Notes under the pieces: model-generated
The model's input: the letters and a program-made list of their open reading frames with translations, nothing else
Told to the model about the DNA's origin: nothing
Databases searched by the model: none
Origin: Octopus bimaculoides
Taxonomy: Eukaryota
DNA length: 35,504 nucleotides
Assembly: GCF_001194135.2 (NCBI RefSeq)
Contig: NC_068999.1
Location: 4,669,346-4,704,849, forward strand
Direction of reading: 5' to 3'
Part shown: positions 1-11,392 of the stretch, one piece after another
Numbering within the stretch: the first letter of the stretch is position 1
Layout: each line of letters begins with the position of its first letter
Translations under genes and position numbers: made by a program

Positions 1-16
1 TATATGTATGTATATA

Positions 17-170
17 GAACGGGCCTTTTTCAGTTTCCGTCTGCCAAATCTACTCACAAGGCTTTGGTAAGCCCGAGGCCATAGTAGAAGACGCTTGCCC
101 AAGGTGTCACGCAGTGGGACTGAACCTGGAACCATGTGGTTGGTAAGCAAGCTACTTACCACACAGCCAT
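17..170 (-). mobile_element. tRNA-derived SINE, local family A (left arm)
   Basis: Minus strand reads TGGCTGTGTGG (A box) ... GGTTCAGTCCC (B box) ... CACCTTGGGCAAGCGTCTTCTACTATGGCCTCGG ... AAAGGCCCGTTC, then runs into a TA/TATG microsatellite. Homologous copies at 3187, 21638, 30866 and 32005. Confidence 0.85.
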
Positions 171-184
171 TTCTATAAAAAATT

Positions 185-450
185 AATATTTCTGCAAATT
201 TACAGATATATCAGCCACAACACACAATGTTGTCCCATAAAAACCAGGATATTTGAATAGAATTCCAGAAACCTTACCAAAATACACGATTCTTGCATAA
301 CAATCTACAGAAATACAAAAGTATACCTCCAAGGCTACAATACTTCTGCAAATTTACGCAAACGTATGCCAAAAACACAAAATTCTTCAACAAAACCACG
401 TTATTTCAATCAGATTCCAGAAACGTCACCAAACTACACGATTCTTCGAT
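185..450. repeat. Diverged tandem duplication, period ~152-154 bp
   Basis: TCTGCAAATTTAC at 191 and 345; ATTCCAGAAAC...ACCAAA.TACACGATTCTT at 262 and 414. Confidence 0.7.
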
Positions 451-839
451 AAAAATCTCTTCAAGAATGAGAATAAAAATGAGAAATGAGTTCAACAAAG
501 ACGACGAAGTCTACATCTTCGAAAGAATGTAAATTCTTCAAATATTCCAAGTGTTTATTTGATTTCCAATATTTAAATTGATTAAAACGAACGAAAAACT
601 TCAAGAATTACAGATATATTTCTTGGAAACTATACGTTAGCAACTTGCTAATTGAGGCTGATAATTAACGAAATAATGAGTTTAATTAAATTTAGTTTTA
701 CACGGTTTAAGTTGACAATTAATTATGCAAATCATAAATGTTTTATAAAGATTTTCAACTTCAATTCTAATTTTTTTCAGTATTTTACGGAATAGGGTGA
801 ATGTGGAGGGGGAGAAGACAGGAGAGCAGGAGAACTGGA

Positions 840-874
840 GGGAGGGGAGGGGAGGGGAGGGGAGAGAGGGAGGG
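840..874 (+). other. (GGGGA)n tract, G-quadruplex-forming motif
   Basis: Five G3-G4 runs separated by single A residues (840-862), plus two further GGG runs. Confidence 0.6.
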
Positions 875-952
875 ATTTGGTGTGTTTAATTTTAGCACTT
901 ATTTTCTTGCTTTTATGCTTTATATTTACTTTAATTTCATCGTAAACATTAC

Positions 953-983
<31 letters not shown>

Positions 984-1453
984 GTTCATTTCGTGTTTTT
1001 TATTTCCGCTTACACAAAACACGAGCATACAGTCATATCTGTCTATATACACACACCCCTTTACATGCATTCATATATATATATATATAGATATATATAT
1101 ATATATATGAATATATATACATACATACAGACACACACACATATACATGAAGTATATGTACAGACACACGCAGCACGCACGCAGCACGCACGCACACGAA
1201 CACACATACACACATACACACACATACACACACATACGCAAGCACACACGCACGCACGCACACACTACTTGAAAGTAAGCTGTGTTTTATTCCAATGCTA
1301 TATATTCTACTGCAGAATATATCTATAGATCGTAGAGACAACACTATATGTAGAGGCAGATATAAACATCCTTTTTCAGTGCTATATACTGTAATACAGA
1401 CTACATTTATAGATTTTATAGCCAACTCATTATGTATGGACAGATGTATTCAC

Positions 1454-1575
1454 CTCGTGTTTATATACAATTTCTTCCCGGAGAAACAAAGAAAGATCGT
1501 CTGGACTAGTTTCAATCCTATGGTGTGATATCATCACTCTGCATGTATCCTCTATAACTGTCGACATTGACACTA
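1454..1575 (-). CDS. Candidate internal coding exon (VSMSTVIEDTCRVMISHHRIETSPDDLSLFLREEIVYKHE)
   Basis: TTTTAAG acceptor, GAG|GTGAAT donor, one open frame of 40 codons with loose resemblance to ubiquitin-like/RA domains such as talin F0. No independent support. Confidence 0.25.
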
Positions 1576-2588
1576 CTTAAAATCACGCAACAACTAAGGA
1601 CTTCAATAAATCGAATAGCCCAGTTTGCATACGTAACGCATTTGTAGTGTGTAAGATTGCAGTGCTCGCGCGTGTATATGTAAGGGTGTCTGCGTATGTG
1701 CATGTATGTGTGTGTGTGAACTCTAGGTTTATTCACAACGGTGAATCCGTTGTGAACATGGTAGTGCATGGTGGTGGGTGATAGTGGTGGCTGGTAATAG
1801 GGGTGATAGTGTTGGTGGTGGTAGTGGGTGATGGTAGTGGTGGTGGTGGTGGTGATGCTGGTGTTGGTGGTTGTGATGATAGTGGTGGTGATGGTACTTT
1901 TGGTATAGTGATAGTACGATGGCTACATAGTGTTCTTTGACAGTAGTATGGAAATGAGACTATTGCAGTTGTCTGTGATAGTTCTTGGATAACAGGTGGG
2001 TGTAAAGCAATAGTATGGTTGGTGCTTGTTTCATAATGGTATTTCCAGAAGAATACATAGCTACAGTGTTTTTTTCCGCTACTAAGCAACCATTCATCCT
2101 CCAATCCACCCACCCATTTCTAAGTCTTTTATATTTTCCATCACAGCTAACGGATTGTCTTTAGTAGCAGCCATGTCTATTGAAAACAACACACTTGGCA
2201 ACAAAAATTCTTAACGCGCACGTCTTGCCTAACAACCATTCATTAACAAGGTAAATTTTCATACAGACTTAAGACCTATTATTAATGACATTGCAGAGAT
2301 AGTCGTCACAGATATCATTATTATTATAATAACAAAAACAAAAAAAAAAAAAANNNNNNNNNNAAAAAAAAAAAAAAAAAAACAACTGCAATTACAAAAG
2401 AAAAAAAGACAAACGGAAAAGGAGACGCATAAAATTAGCCATAGAAAATAAAGCAGAGAAGTTTTTAAAAAGATAAAAAAACAAAAACCGTTGTCAGAAA
2501 ACATGCGCAGTCAGCAAAAGCAGCCGACAAGTTAATCATGTAATAAATACACAAAGGTATTTAATCACAGCAAATAGTCGCATTGTAC

Positions 2589-2665
2589 TTCCATTTTGAA
2601 TCGGATCAAAGTAGAACTCTTCATTATTGGCGGTAACAAAGTTGAAGGTATCGATGTCTCGTCTG
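2589..2665 (-). CDS. Candidate coding exon (RRDIDTFNFVTANNEEFYFDPIQNG)
   Basis: Strong pyrimidine tract and tandem CAGCAG acceptor, open frame; the donor (GGAA|GTACAA) is weak. Confidence 0.2.
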
Positions 2666-2798
2666 CTGAATGGAGAAGCACACAAACATAAGAATTTTTA
2701 TTCCGTCATTATATTTGCAGAAACCTTTTGTTTGACTTTGTATTGATCGAGTGTTGTGTATCGGTCTGAGAAGTTTTCGAAATGCATACCGCATCATA

Positions 2799-2857
2799 CG
2801 TGATGTTTACGTGATTTGACGTGATGTGACGTGATGTGATGTGATGAGATGTGATAG
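2799..2857. repeat. Degenerate (GTGAT/GTGAC)n pentamer repeat
   Basis: CGTGATGTTTACGTGATTTGACGTGATGTGACGTGATGTGATGTGATGAGATGTGAT. Confidence 0.8.
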
Positions 2858-3186
2858 AATTTGGTATCAGATATTATGGGAAATTATACTTGAAGAATAT
2901 TAATAAGTTTGTGTGTGCTTCGTGTAAGTATATATATATNNNNNNNNNNNNNNNNNNNNNNNNNNNNNNNNNNNNNNNNNNNNNNNNNNNNNNNNNNNNN
3001 NNNNNNNNNNNNNNNNNNNNNNNNNNNNNNNNNNNNNNNNNNNNNNNNNNNNNNNNNNNNNNNNNNNNNNNNNNNNNNNNNNNNNNNNNNNNNNNNNNNN
3101 NNNNNNNNNNNNNNNNNNNNNNNNNNNNNNNNNNNNNNNNNNNNNNNNNNNNNNNNNNNNNNNNNNNNNNNNNNNNNNNNNNNNNN

Positions 3187-3240
3187 CCCAACCACATGGT
3201 CCCGGGATCAGTCGCACTGCGTGGCACCTTTGGCAGGATA
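3187..3240 (+). mobile_element. SINE family A fragment
   Basis: CCAACCACATGGTCCCGGGATCAGTCGCACTGCGTGGCACCTTTGGCAGG matches the B-box region of the copy at 17-170. The 5' end lies in the gap. Confidence 0.75.
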
Positions 3241-3801
3241 CTCATTCGCCCGCTGACATTCGTTGATGTTGCATCGAAGAAACCAAAGAACAAAAGGCCA
3301 AAGAAAAATGGAAAATAAAAAGACGGAATCAACACCAGAGCTGAAGACACCCCCAAAAGGATTGGCGGGGCACGTCGAAAACGTTAGAGGGGTAAGGGCC
3401 GAAGCCGGACGTGGTTTCTTCTGATGATGCCTTTAGCCACTGGATCCTATAAAGGAGCTGTTGAGGTAGCGAGCCATGAAACGTGGTTGGAATTCTTCCT
3501 TGAGATAGATAGATAGATAGATAGACAGACATAACAATGCAGATAAACACTATTAGCTTTGACATATATATACATATAGTTCGGTAAGGCATTGTGATAT
3601 TAATAAGCTGGTGTAGAACTTGATATACAGACATTCAGAAGGAAAGGTTAGCCGAGTACTGATCGGTAATGAGAAATGACTAAGTTTTATGTTTGAGGCT
3701 CCGATGAAGCTATACAGTAATACACAGGCAATGCATCTTTTGGGAAAAACAGCTGTAAGCTAATGACGTTTATGAAATAACTGTTAATTCCTTTCTCAAT
3801 T

Positions 3802-3805
<4 letters not shown>

Positions 3806-3845
<40 letters not shown>
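3806..3845. repeat. (TA)n microsatellite (one of many)
   Basis: Pure TA run. Confidence 0.95.
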
Positions 3846-3848
<3 letters not shown>

Positions 3849-4601
3849 TTGATTTGTTAATATAGAGTATAGAGTGTACCAGGTACGACTACTTCAAAGA
3901 GCGAGAGCGCAATATATTTTAAAAGTATACGCTTTATTGTAGGAATTGGCTAAGNNNNNNNNNNNNNNNNNNNNNNNNNNNNNNNNNNNNNNNNNNNNNN
4001 NNNNNNNNNNNNNNNNNNNNNNNNNNNNNNNNNNNNNNNNNNNNNNNNNNNNNNNNNNNNNNNNNNNNNNNNNNNNNNNNNNNNNNNNNNNNNNNNNNNN
4101 NNNNNNNNNNNNNNNNNNNNNNNNNNNNNNNNNNNNNNNNNNNNNNNNNNNNNNNNNNNNNNNNNNNNNNNNNNNNNNNNNNNNNNNNNNNNNNNNNNNN
4201 NNNNNNNNNNNNNNNNNNNNNNNNNNNNNNNNNNNNNNNNNNNNNNNNNNNNNNNNNNNNNNNNNNNNNNNNNNNNNNNNNNNNNNNNNNNNNNNNNNNN
4301 NNNNNNNNNNNNNNNNNNNNNNNNNNNNNNNNNNNNNNNNNNNNNNNNNNNNNNNNNNNNNNNNNNNNNNNNNNNNNNNNNNNNNNNNNNNNNNNNNNNN
4401 NNNNNNNNNNNNNNNNNNNNNNNNNNNNNNNNNNNNNNNNNNNNNNNNNNNNNNNNNTATATATATATATATATATAAACAAAAAGATATATATACATAC
4501 ATATATATATACGTAGAAAACAAAACTGATAGGGAATGTATTAAGGCGGTCATCCTGCATGACCACAGTCCTACAACTGAAATGAATGAACGAATACAAA
4601 A

Positions 4602-4646
<45 letters not shown>

Positions 4647-5164
4647 CACATACACACATCTAATTTCCACCATTTTAATAGTCCTCTATCTGTCCTTTAT
4701 TCACAGTTGCCATTTTGTCTATATGACTTCCATAGATTTTGATTACATTGCACCGCTGAATTTTATGCGGCATTCTATTCATTTTATTGAGCCCTCTGAA
4801 ATATTTTGCATGAATATGTTTCTTCATTATGCCTGTGTGAGAATATTTGTCTGTCCGTGTGTCTGTCTACATGCAAATATTCATGTAGTCCAGCTCAATG
4901 AACTCCGTACGATAACAGAGATATCAATGTACGAAACCCAATACCTAGACTATACACTAAGTAATTTGTATCTACCTCTCTATGTATTTATATATCTATG
5001 TATGTATATGTGTGTATACGTGTATGAATATATGTATATGATGCATATATACGTGTATGATGAGTATGTGTATATATTGGTATGTATGTATGTAGGCATG
5101 CAAGGTATATATGTATGCTTGCATCAATGTACGTATGTATATATGATTGTATGTTTTGTCTCTT

Positions 5165-5965
5165 CTATTTTTTAATTATTTCATTACAGAGTGTCCTAGC
5201 TACAACATCATGTCTCATCGGTAGATGATACCGTGATGACATTTTCGGACAACTACTTATAATGTGGGTGATATCTTCGGTGTTGGCGGTTAAAAGATGT
5301 TGCCGAAGGGATATGATAAGACATTCAAATGCATTTTGGATCGATGTTAAGCCTCTGCCGTCTTGTTTTCGTTTTAGGTACAGGCTGCCTACGTCACTAT
5401 TTATGTGGAAATTATGTGTGCTTGTTAGTATTTTTATGATTTTCACATAAATGGCTCGGATCTCATCAAGCGTCCAATCAAGCAGCCCAAATGTTGGTAT
5501 GAGTACTGGCACTGCAAGCATATTGTGGGCCACTGCTTTATTGAATGCAGAGAGTTCTGAGGCCCAAATTTTCTTTATTCAGCTGTAATATTTTTTAGTG
5601 ACACGTGTTTTGTTACAGGTATCATAGTAAGATATATTTTCATCCACCCCTAGATACCTGAAACATTCCTCGTCAGATACAGGGGAAACAGTCAAAGTGT
5701 TGATGGAGATGTTTACTAATCTGGTTTATAGTTTTCCATCCTTTTTACAATCGTATAACAACATTTATCCTGACCAAACTGCAACCCTCCATACTTTGAG
5801 AATATTAACTAGGTCAACGCTCTTTTTCATCTCATGCATATTCTTTGCATAAAGTTTTAAGTCATCCACAAAGAAACAGTGTGTAATTTTGGTATTTCTG
5901 TTTCCTTGTGAACCAGTGAGATATCCTTCAGACTTCCTTAACATGAATGACAAAGGATTGTAAGT
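5165..5965 (-). pseudogene. Decayed non-LTR retrotransposon RT/C-terminus, R4/Dong-like (restriction-like endonuclease group)
   Basis: Across frameshifts: YNPLS, KITHCFFVDDLKLYAK (YxDD region), GLQFGQDKC, FRYLGVDEN, YYS*IKKIWASELSAFNKAVAHNMLAVPVLIPTFGLLDW, LYLKRKQDGRGL, TEDITHIISSC...RHDVVA. Motif order and wording fit R4/Dong-type ORFs. Confidence 0.85.
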
Positions 5966-6858
5966 TGGTAAGTACTTTTGAGCACGAACATGACTGAACT
6001 TTTCGCTTCGCAAATTCCTGGGTTGGAACCGATTTTTTTGAATATCGATCAAATAACCTCAAAGACAATTACGGGTCGACAGCGCCATGCAGTGATGTGC
6101 ATAAATACAAACTTGTTACTTGTTCAAATAGCATAGCTAGGTGGCGCGGTGAGCTGACTCGGTCTGTTTATACCTTTATGTCTGCAGCGAGAAATTTTCT
6201 CCATCACAAAATACAGTGAAAGGCCTCCTTACGAGTTCAAATATACCTCAAGCATATTTGAACTTGGAACAAGTTTCTATTCAAAACAATTATATTTCTA
6301 TTCGTCGGAGCGTGAACCTAATAATAGTAACTTCTGTGGCATTTGATCCTGTTGTAATTATTTTGTTATATGAGCTTGCTTGTGTGTGTGTGAAATTCGT
6401 AATGTAAATCCCAGCACGCAGAGAATGCACTCAAGAAGGCAATTATACACTAAACATTAGTTCGTGGTAAACCGAGAAGCCTATACAGGCGGTGTCGTGT
6501 CAAACTTTCTACTAATAAGATGCTTTAACCGGTGTAGGTTTTAAATAGTGTTCTGTCTATTTACAGTAAATAGAGAAAGTTTTGCGAATGCATGTTTCTG
6601 TAACCGGTATAATTATAGTTTAAACACACACAAAATATCACACCCGTGTTAATTAGCTAATTAATTATTTACACAGCTGATGTCTATTCATGACGGTCAG
6701 GATGAAATAAAAGTGCTTACATCGAAATGTATATTATGCGACAGTAACGGAAGAGATATGTGTGGGGGGGGGGGGTCTGTAGGGAGTGCCACGAAGACCC
6801 CCCTCCCCCCAAATAGGTGTAAGAGAAGGGCCGTGTGAATAGCGGTGTGTCTGCATTC

Positions 6859-7050
6859 GGCGATCTGAGAGAATCGTTAGCACAACGGAGAAAATAGCAG
6901 CATTTTGTCCGTCTTTATGTTCTGAGTTCAAATTCCGCCGAGGTCGACTTTGCTTTCAACTTTTCGGGGTCGATTAAAATAAGTACCAGCTGTAATCAGC
7001 TTAACCCCTTCCTTGAAATTGCTGGTCTTGAGCCAAAATTGGAAGCCATT
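6859..7050 (+). mobile_element. tRNA-derived SINE, local family B
   Basis: GAATCGTTAGCAC...TTCTGAGTTCAAATTCCGCCGAGGTCGACTTTGC...GGGGTCGATTAAAATAAGTACCAG...GAAATTGCTGGTCTTGAGCCAAAATT. B box GAGTTCAAATTCC. Confidence 0.85.
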
Positions 7051-7062
7051 GTATTTACTTAC

Positions 7063-7075
7063 CTTCCAATCACAT
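7063..7075 (-). other. Candidate 13-nt micro-exon (ATGTGATTGGAAG)
   Basis: TATTTCAG acceptor and perfect AAG|GTAAGT donor; could be a chance match. Confidence 0.2.
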
Positions 7076-7098
7076 CTGAAATATTGATACAAATACGC

Positions 7099-7100
<2 letters not shown>

Positions 7101-7157
<57 letters not shown>
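7101..7157. repeat. (TG)n microsatellite; (GTAT)n at 7269-7320 and (TG)n at 7822-7891 nearby
   Basis: Pure runs. Confidence 0.95.
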
Positions 7158-7158
<1 letters not shown>

Positions 7159-7344
7159 ATTGTTCAGTTTTATTTCAAGATTTCTTACCAATAGAAAAAG
7201 AACCGGTTTCTAACCTAGATTCAAGGTTCCTTCATTGGAATTTCAACATCAAACAACAGGGTACTTTTGTATGTATGTATGTATGTATGTATGTATGTAT
7301 GTATGTATGTATGTATGTATAAATGCCACACGTCTCGATGAGAT

Positions 7345-7630
7345 ATAGCACTACTCATTTAAATGGAGATCTATATAATCGAATAATCTTTGTCCTCAAA
7401 TTTCTGGCCTTCTTTTAAGGTTAGAAAACATTATTAAGAAAAATGAAAGGAGTTAAACAGAAAATAGGAGAAGTTTCGAATTAAAAATCAATATGGTATT
7501 TAGTTGCGTCCTCTTACGCACCGATCTTAGTTTAATTCCCGCCAAAGTCGTCTTTGGGCGGGGGGCGATAAAATAAATACCAGTCCTAAAATTGGTGCTC
7601 TTGTGCCTAAGAAAGGAGTCAATATTGATT
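7345..7630 (+). mobile_element. Two highly degenerate SINE family B pieces (tail, then near full-length)
   Basis: AAATTTCTGGCCTT...TTAGAAAACATTATT tail, then GGTATTT...TTACG...AATTCCCGCC...GATAAAATAAATACCAGTC...CTTGTGCCTAA. Confidence 0.55.
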
Positions 7631-7820
7631 CTGTTACTGTTCCTGGTACTGGTTCTGTTATTGTACAATGTTACCATTCCGTTAATTCTATGCTATCACT
7701 AGTTCTGTCTTCTATAAATTCCAATCCATTCTGTTGACATTCAAAAAGAAATTCCATTCAAATGGTTTTATTTTTATTTTTGCTAGCGTCAGTAAAAAAG
7801 AAATTCTTTGAAAGTTGCCA

Positions 7821-7891
<71 letters not shown>

Positions 7892-8630
7892 NNNNNNNNN
7901 NNNNNNNNNNNNNNNNNNNNNNNNNNNNNNNNNNNNNNNNNNNNNNNNNNNNNNNNNNNNNNNNNNNNNNNNNNNNNNNNNNNNNNNNNNNNNNNNNNNN
8001 NNNNNNNNNNNNNNNNNNNNNNNNNNNNNNNNNNNNNNNNNNNNNNNNNNNNNNNNNNNNNNNNNNNNNNNNNNNNNNNNNNNNNNNNNNNNNNNNNNNN
8101 NNNNNNNNNNNNNNNNNNNNNNNNNNNNNNNNNNNNTATATATATATATGTATATATATATAGTTAAATATAGAAATATACGTTTATATATATATATATC
8201 ACTTACATTACACAAGAATATACTTTTATGAATATATATAGATGTGTATGCATGTATATTTAGATATGTATGTATTTATATGTATGTATGTATACGTGTT
8301 TGCATGCATATACAATACATAATCACGCTCACACACACACACACACACACAAGACAACTTTCTATACCTCCTCCCCACACACACACATATGAGTATATAT
8401 TTAGAATCTACCAATATCTATAAACAGAATTCTTATTTCAAAGAATATTTCCAGTCAATGGGAACAGCACTGAATGAAGAATATAAAAAAAAGATAAAAA
8501 AGACTATTTTTGACCTTTGGCCTTTGACGGTTGGCATGAATTCACACACACACATACACAGACGCATCAACAGAGATACACACACGTACGCATTCATCTA
8601 TTCTTTATTATATTATCTTATATATTCGTG

Positions 8631-8996
8631 GTACTCCGTCGGTTACGACGACGAGGGTTCCAGTTGATCCAATCAACGGAACAGCCTTTTCGTGAAATTA
8701 AGGTGCAAGTGGTTGAGCACTCCACAGACGCGTGTATCCTTAACGTAGTCCTCGGGGAGACCCAGCGTGACGCAGATTGTGACAAAGGTGGCCCTTTGAA
8801 AATACAGGTACACCAGAAACAGGAAGAATGAGTGAGAGAAAGTTGTGGTGCAAGAGTACAGCAGGGTTCGCCAAAACCTCCTCCCGGAGGAGCTTTAGGT
8901 GTTTTCGCTCAATAAACACTCACAACGCCCGGTCTGGGACTCGAAACTGCGATCCTACGACTGGGACTCCGCTGCCCTAACCACTGAGCCATTGCG
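8631..8996 (-). mobile_element. Near full-length tRNA-derived SINE, local family C
   Basis: Minus strand starts CGCAATGGCTCAGTGGTTAGGGCAGC (A box) ... GTTTCGAGTCCCAG (B box). Its 3' half matches 21756-21939. Possible CGTGGT target duplication at 8627-8632 and 8995-9000. Confidence 0.85.
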
Positions 8997-9895
8997 TGGT
9001 TGACCGGTAATACCGGGAAAGCAGGAGTTATTCCCAGTTCCCGCTTACCATCACACTGTTCCATGTCCTATCTCATTTCCTGTTCAGTTCCCGTCTTTAT
9101 GCCCAACTCGTCGTTTATAGTAACAGTTTATTGCTAAAATTAGGTATTATAAACTATTAATTCGATTAGTGGGTGAATAGGCAATGCCACTATAATATTT
9201 TAATAAACAAATATGTGTCTGAGTAAAATAAATTCGATAAAGAGAGAGATATATAAATACATTGACAAATAGTTACCTTTTTAATGCGACTCTCAATAGT
9301 CTTTTCTCCCTCCATCCTTCTCTAATTCCCTTTTATCCTCCTCCCTCTTTCACCGTTTTCTATCTATATATCTCCCCCTCTTTCTCTATCTCTCTCTCTC
9401 ACATTGCTCACCCGTGACCATCGTCCGCCCTTCTTTTCTGCACGTGACCATCTTTCTTTCCTTGCACGAACGTTTAAAAGAACGGACGTGTTTTTCTCTC
9501 TATCTTCTATCTTTTCTCTTTCCCAAAAAAATGTTTCTCCCAGCGTTCACTATTTTCCTCTCATTCTGGTCTAACGAGCTTCCATGTTTGTTTTCGTTCC
9601 GTTTCCTTGTATATCTCCACTCATTTTTTTGTTCCCAATTTTGACCCTCCATAAATCCTAAATTTTATTTTAGAATTTATAGGAGCAACTGTCTTTGAAC
9701 ACTCATATTATCGTTGAATGATCGAAATGAAGAGAAGACAAACAGCCGACAACTGATGAAGGGTCCTTTCTCTGTGTTTACTTGTCCAGTTTGCCATTTT
9801 TTTTTTCACGTTGCTTATGCATTTCACTCGTTTTTCCCTCGTTTACGTATTTCATATTATTTGCACTGTTGGTGACGTCCTGTACCCATATATGC

Positions 9896-9989
<94 letters not shown>

Positions 9990-10127
9990 GTATGTATATA
10001 TATATATGTGTATGTTTCTATGTATGCATGTGTATGTGTGTATTTATGTATGTGAGTATGCATGAGCGTATGTACACACACACACACACACACACACCAT
10101 GTAACAGTACGTGTTTTNNNNNNNNNN

Positions 10128-10164
10128 TCGTCGTCGTCATCGTCGTCGTCGCCGTCGTCGTCGC

Positions 10165-10216
<52 letters not shown>

Positions 10217-10218
10217 AT
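10128..10218. repeat. (TCG)n trinucleotide repeat with CCG/TCA variants
   Basis: About 30 units immediately after a 10-N gap. Confidence 0.9.
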
Positions 10219-10421
10219 CGATCTCCTCGTAGGTGATATATGATGACACAGGTTGAACAGGATCTCCAGGGATATCGCTTTTATACACCCACACATTCGG
10301 TGAGATTCATAAATAGATTGCACTGTCTTCATACGTGTGTGTATAATAACATACGTTGTATACACACACGCACGCACACACACATTCTCACACACACTCA
10401 CACACACACAAACACACACAC

Positions 10422-10482
<61 letters not shown>

Positions 10483-10491
10483 TATATACAC

Positions 10492-10524
<33 letters not shown>

Positions 10525-10555
10525 GCGTGTGTTTCTGTATGCAAATATCTACGCC

Positions 10556-10588
<33 letters not shown>

Positions 10589-11022
10589 GTATATGTGTGT
10601 ATGTGTGTGCACGCGTGTGTATGTATGTATGGATGGATGTATATGTGTTTGTGTGTGTGTTTGTGTGTGTGAAATACAATGGAATCTATATCAAGACTCG
10701 GTCTTTCATCTTTTCACATCAAAAAGTCAACATTATTCAACCTACATTACATTTACATTTTAACAATAACACCGACACATCACCACCACCACCACCACCA
10801 CCACCCTAACTACTACCGTCGCTTCTACCATCATCACTACTACCACACACTCCACCACCACNNNNNNNNNNNNNNNNNNNNNNNNNNTCCTCCTCCTCCT
10901 CATCATCATCATCATCATCGCGAAGACCATTTTCGCCATCATTTGCATTCAACATCCCCGCTGCCATCATCACCATCACTTACCACTGCTCACAAATCCA
11001 CCATATACCCCCTTCCACCACC

Positions 11023-11068
<46 letters not shown>

Positions 11069-11392
11069 GCAACAGCAACAGCAGAGACACCACTACTTCC
11101 TCTTTCTATCACATCAACATAAAACGAAATATCTTGTTGTCCCTGTTGTGACTTCTGATGTTATTGTCTGAGTTATTATTGTTCCTATTGTTGTTGTCGA
11201 TATTATTGTTGTTGTTGTTGTTGTTCGTATTCCTCTATGGTAAGTCAAGTCATCCATTTCTAGTTTGTTCGGTATTTTTGTTAGTTTCTTTTTATTTTTA
11301 TTCAACTGCTTTTTGGTTTTTGTTTTTTCGAAAGACTTCTTTCTAAAGAATTGGTTTAAAAAGTTATTTTGGTTTATTTTGGATTCTAGAGA

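Noticed and set aside
2146-2250. Plus-strand acceptor/donor pair
   Set aside because: Stops in all frames.
9049-9133. Minus-strand segment with strong acceptor (CTAATTTTAG) and donor (ATG|GTAAGC)
   Set aside because: Stops in all three frames. It shows that good splice pairs arise by chance here; it could only be non-coding.
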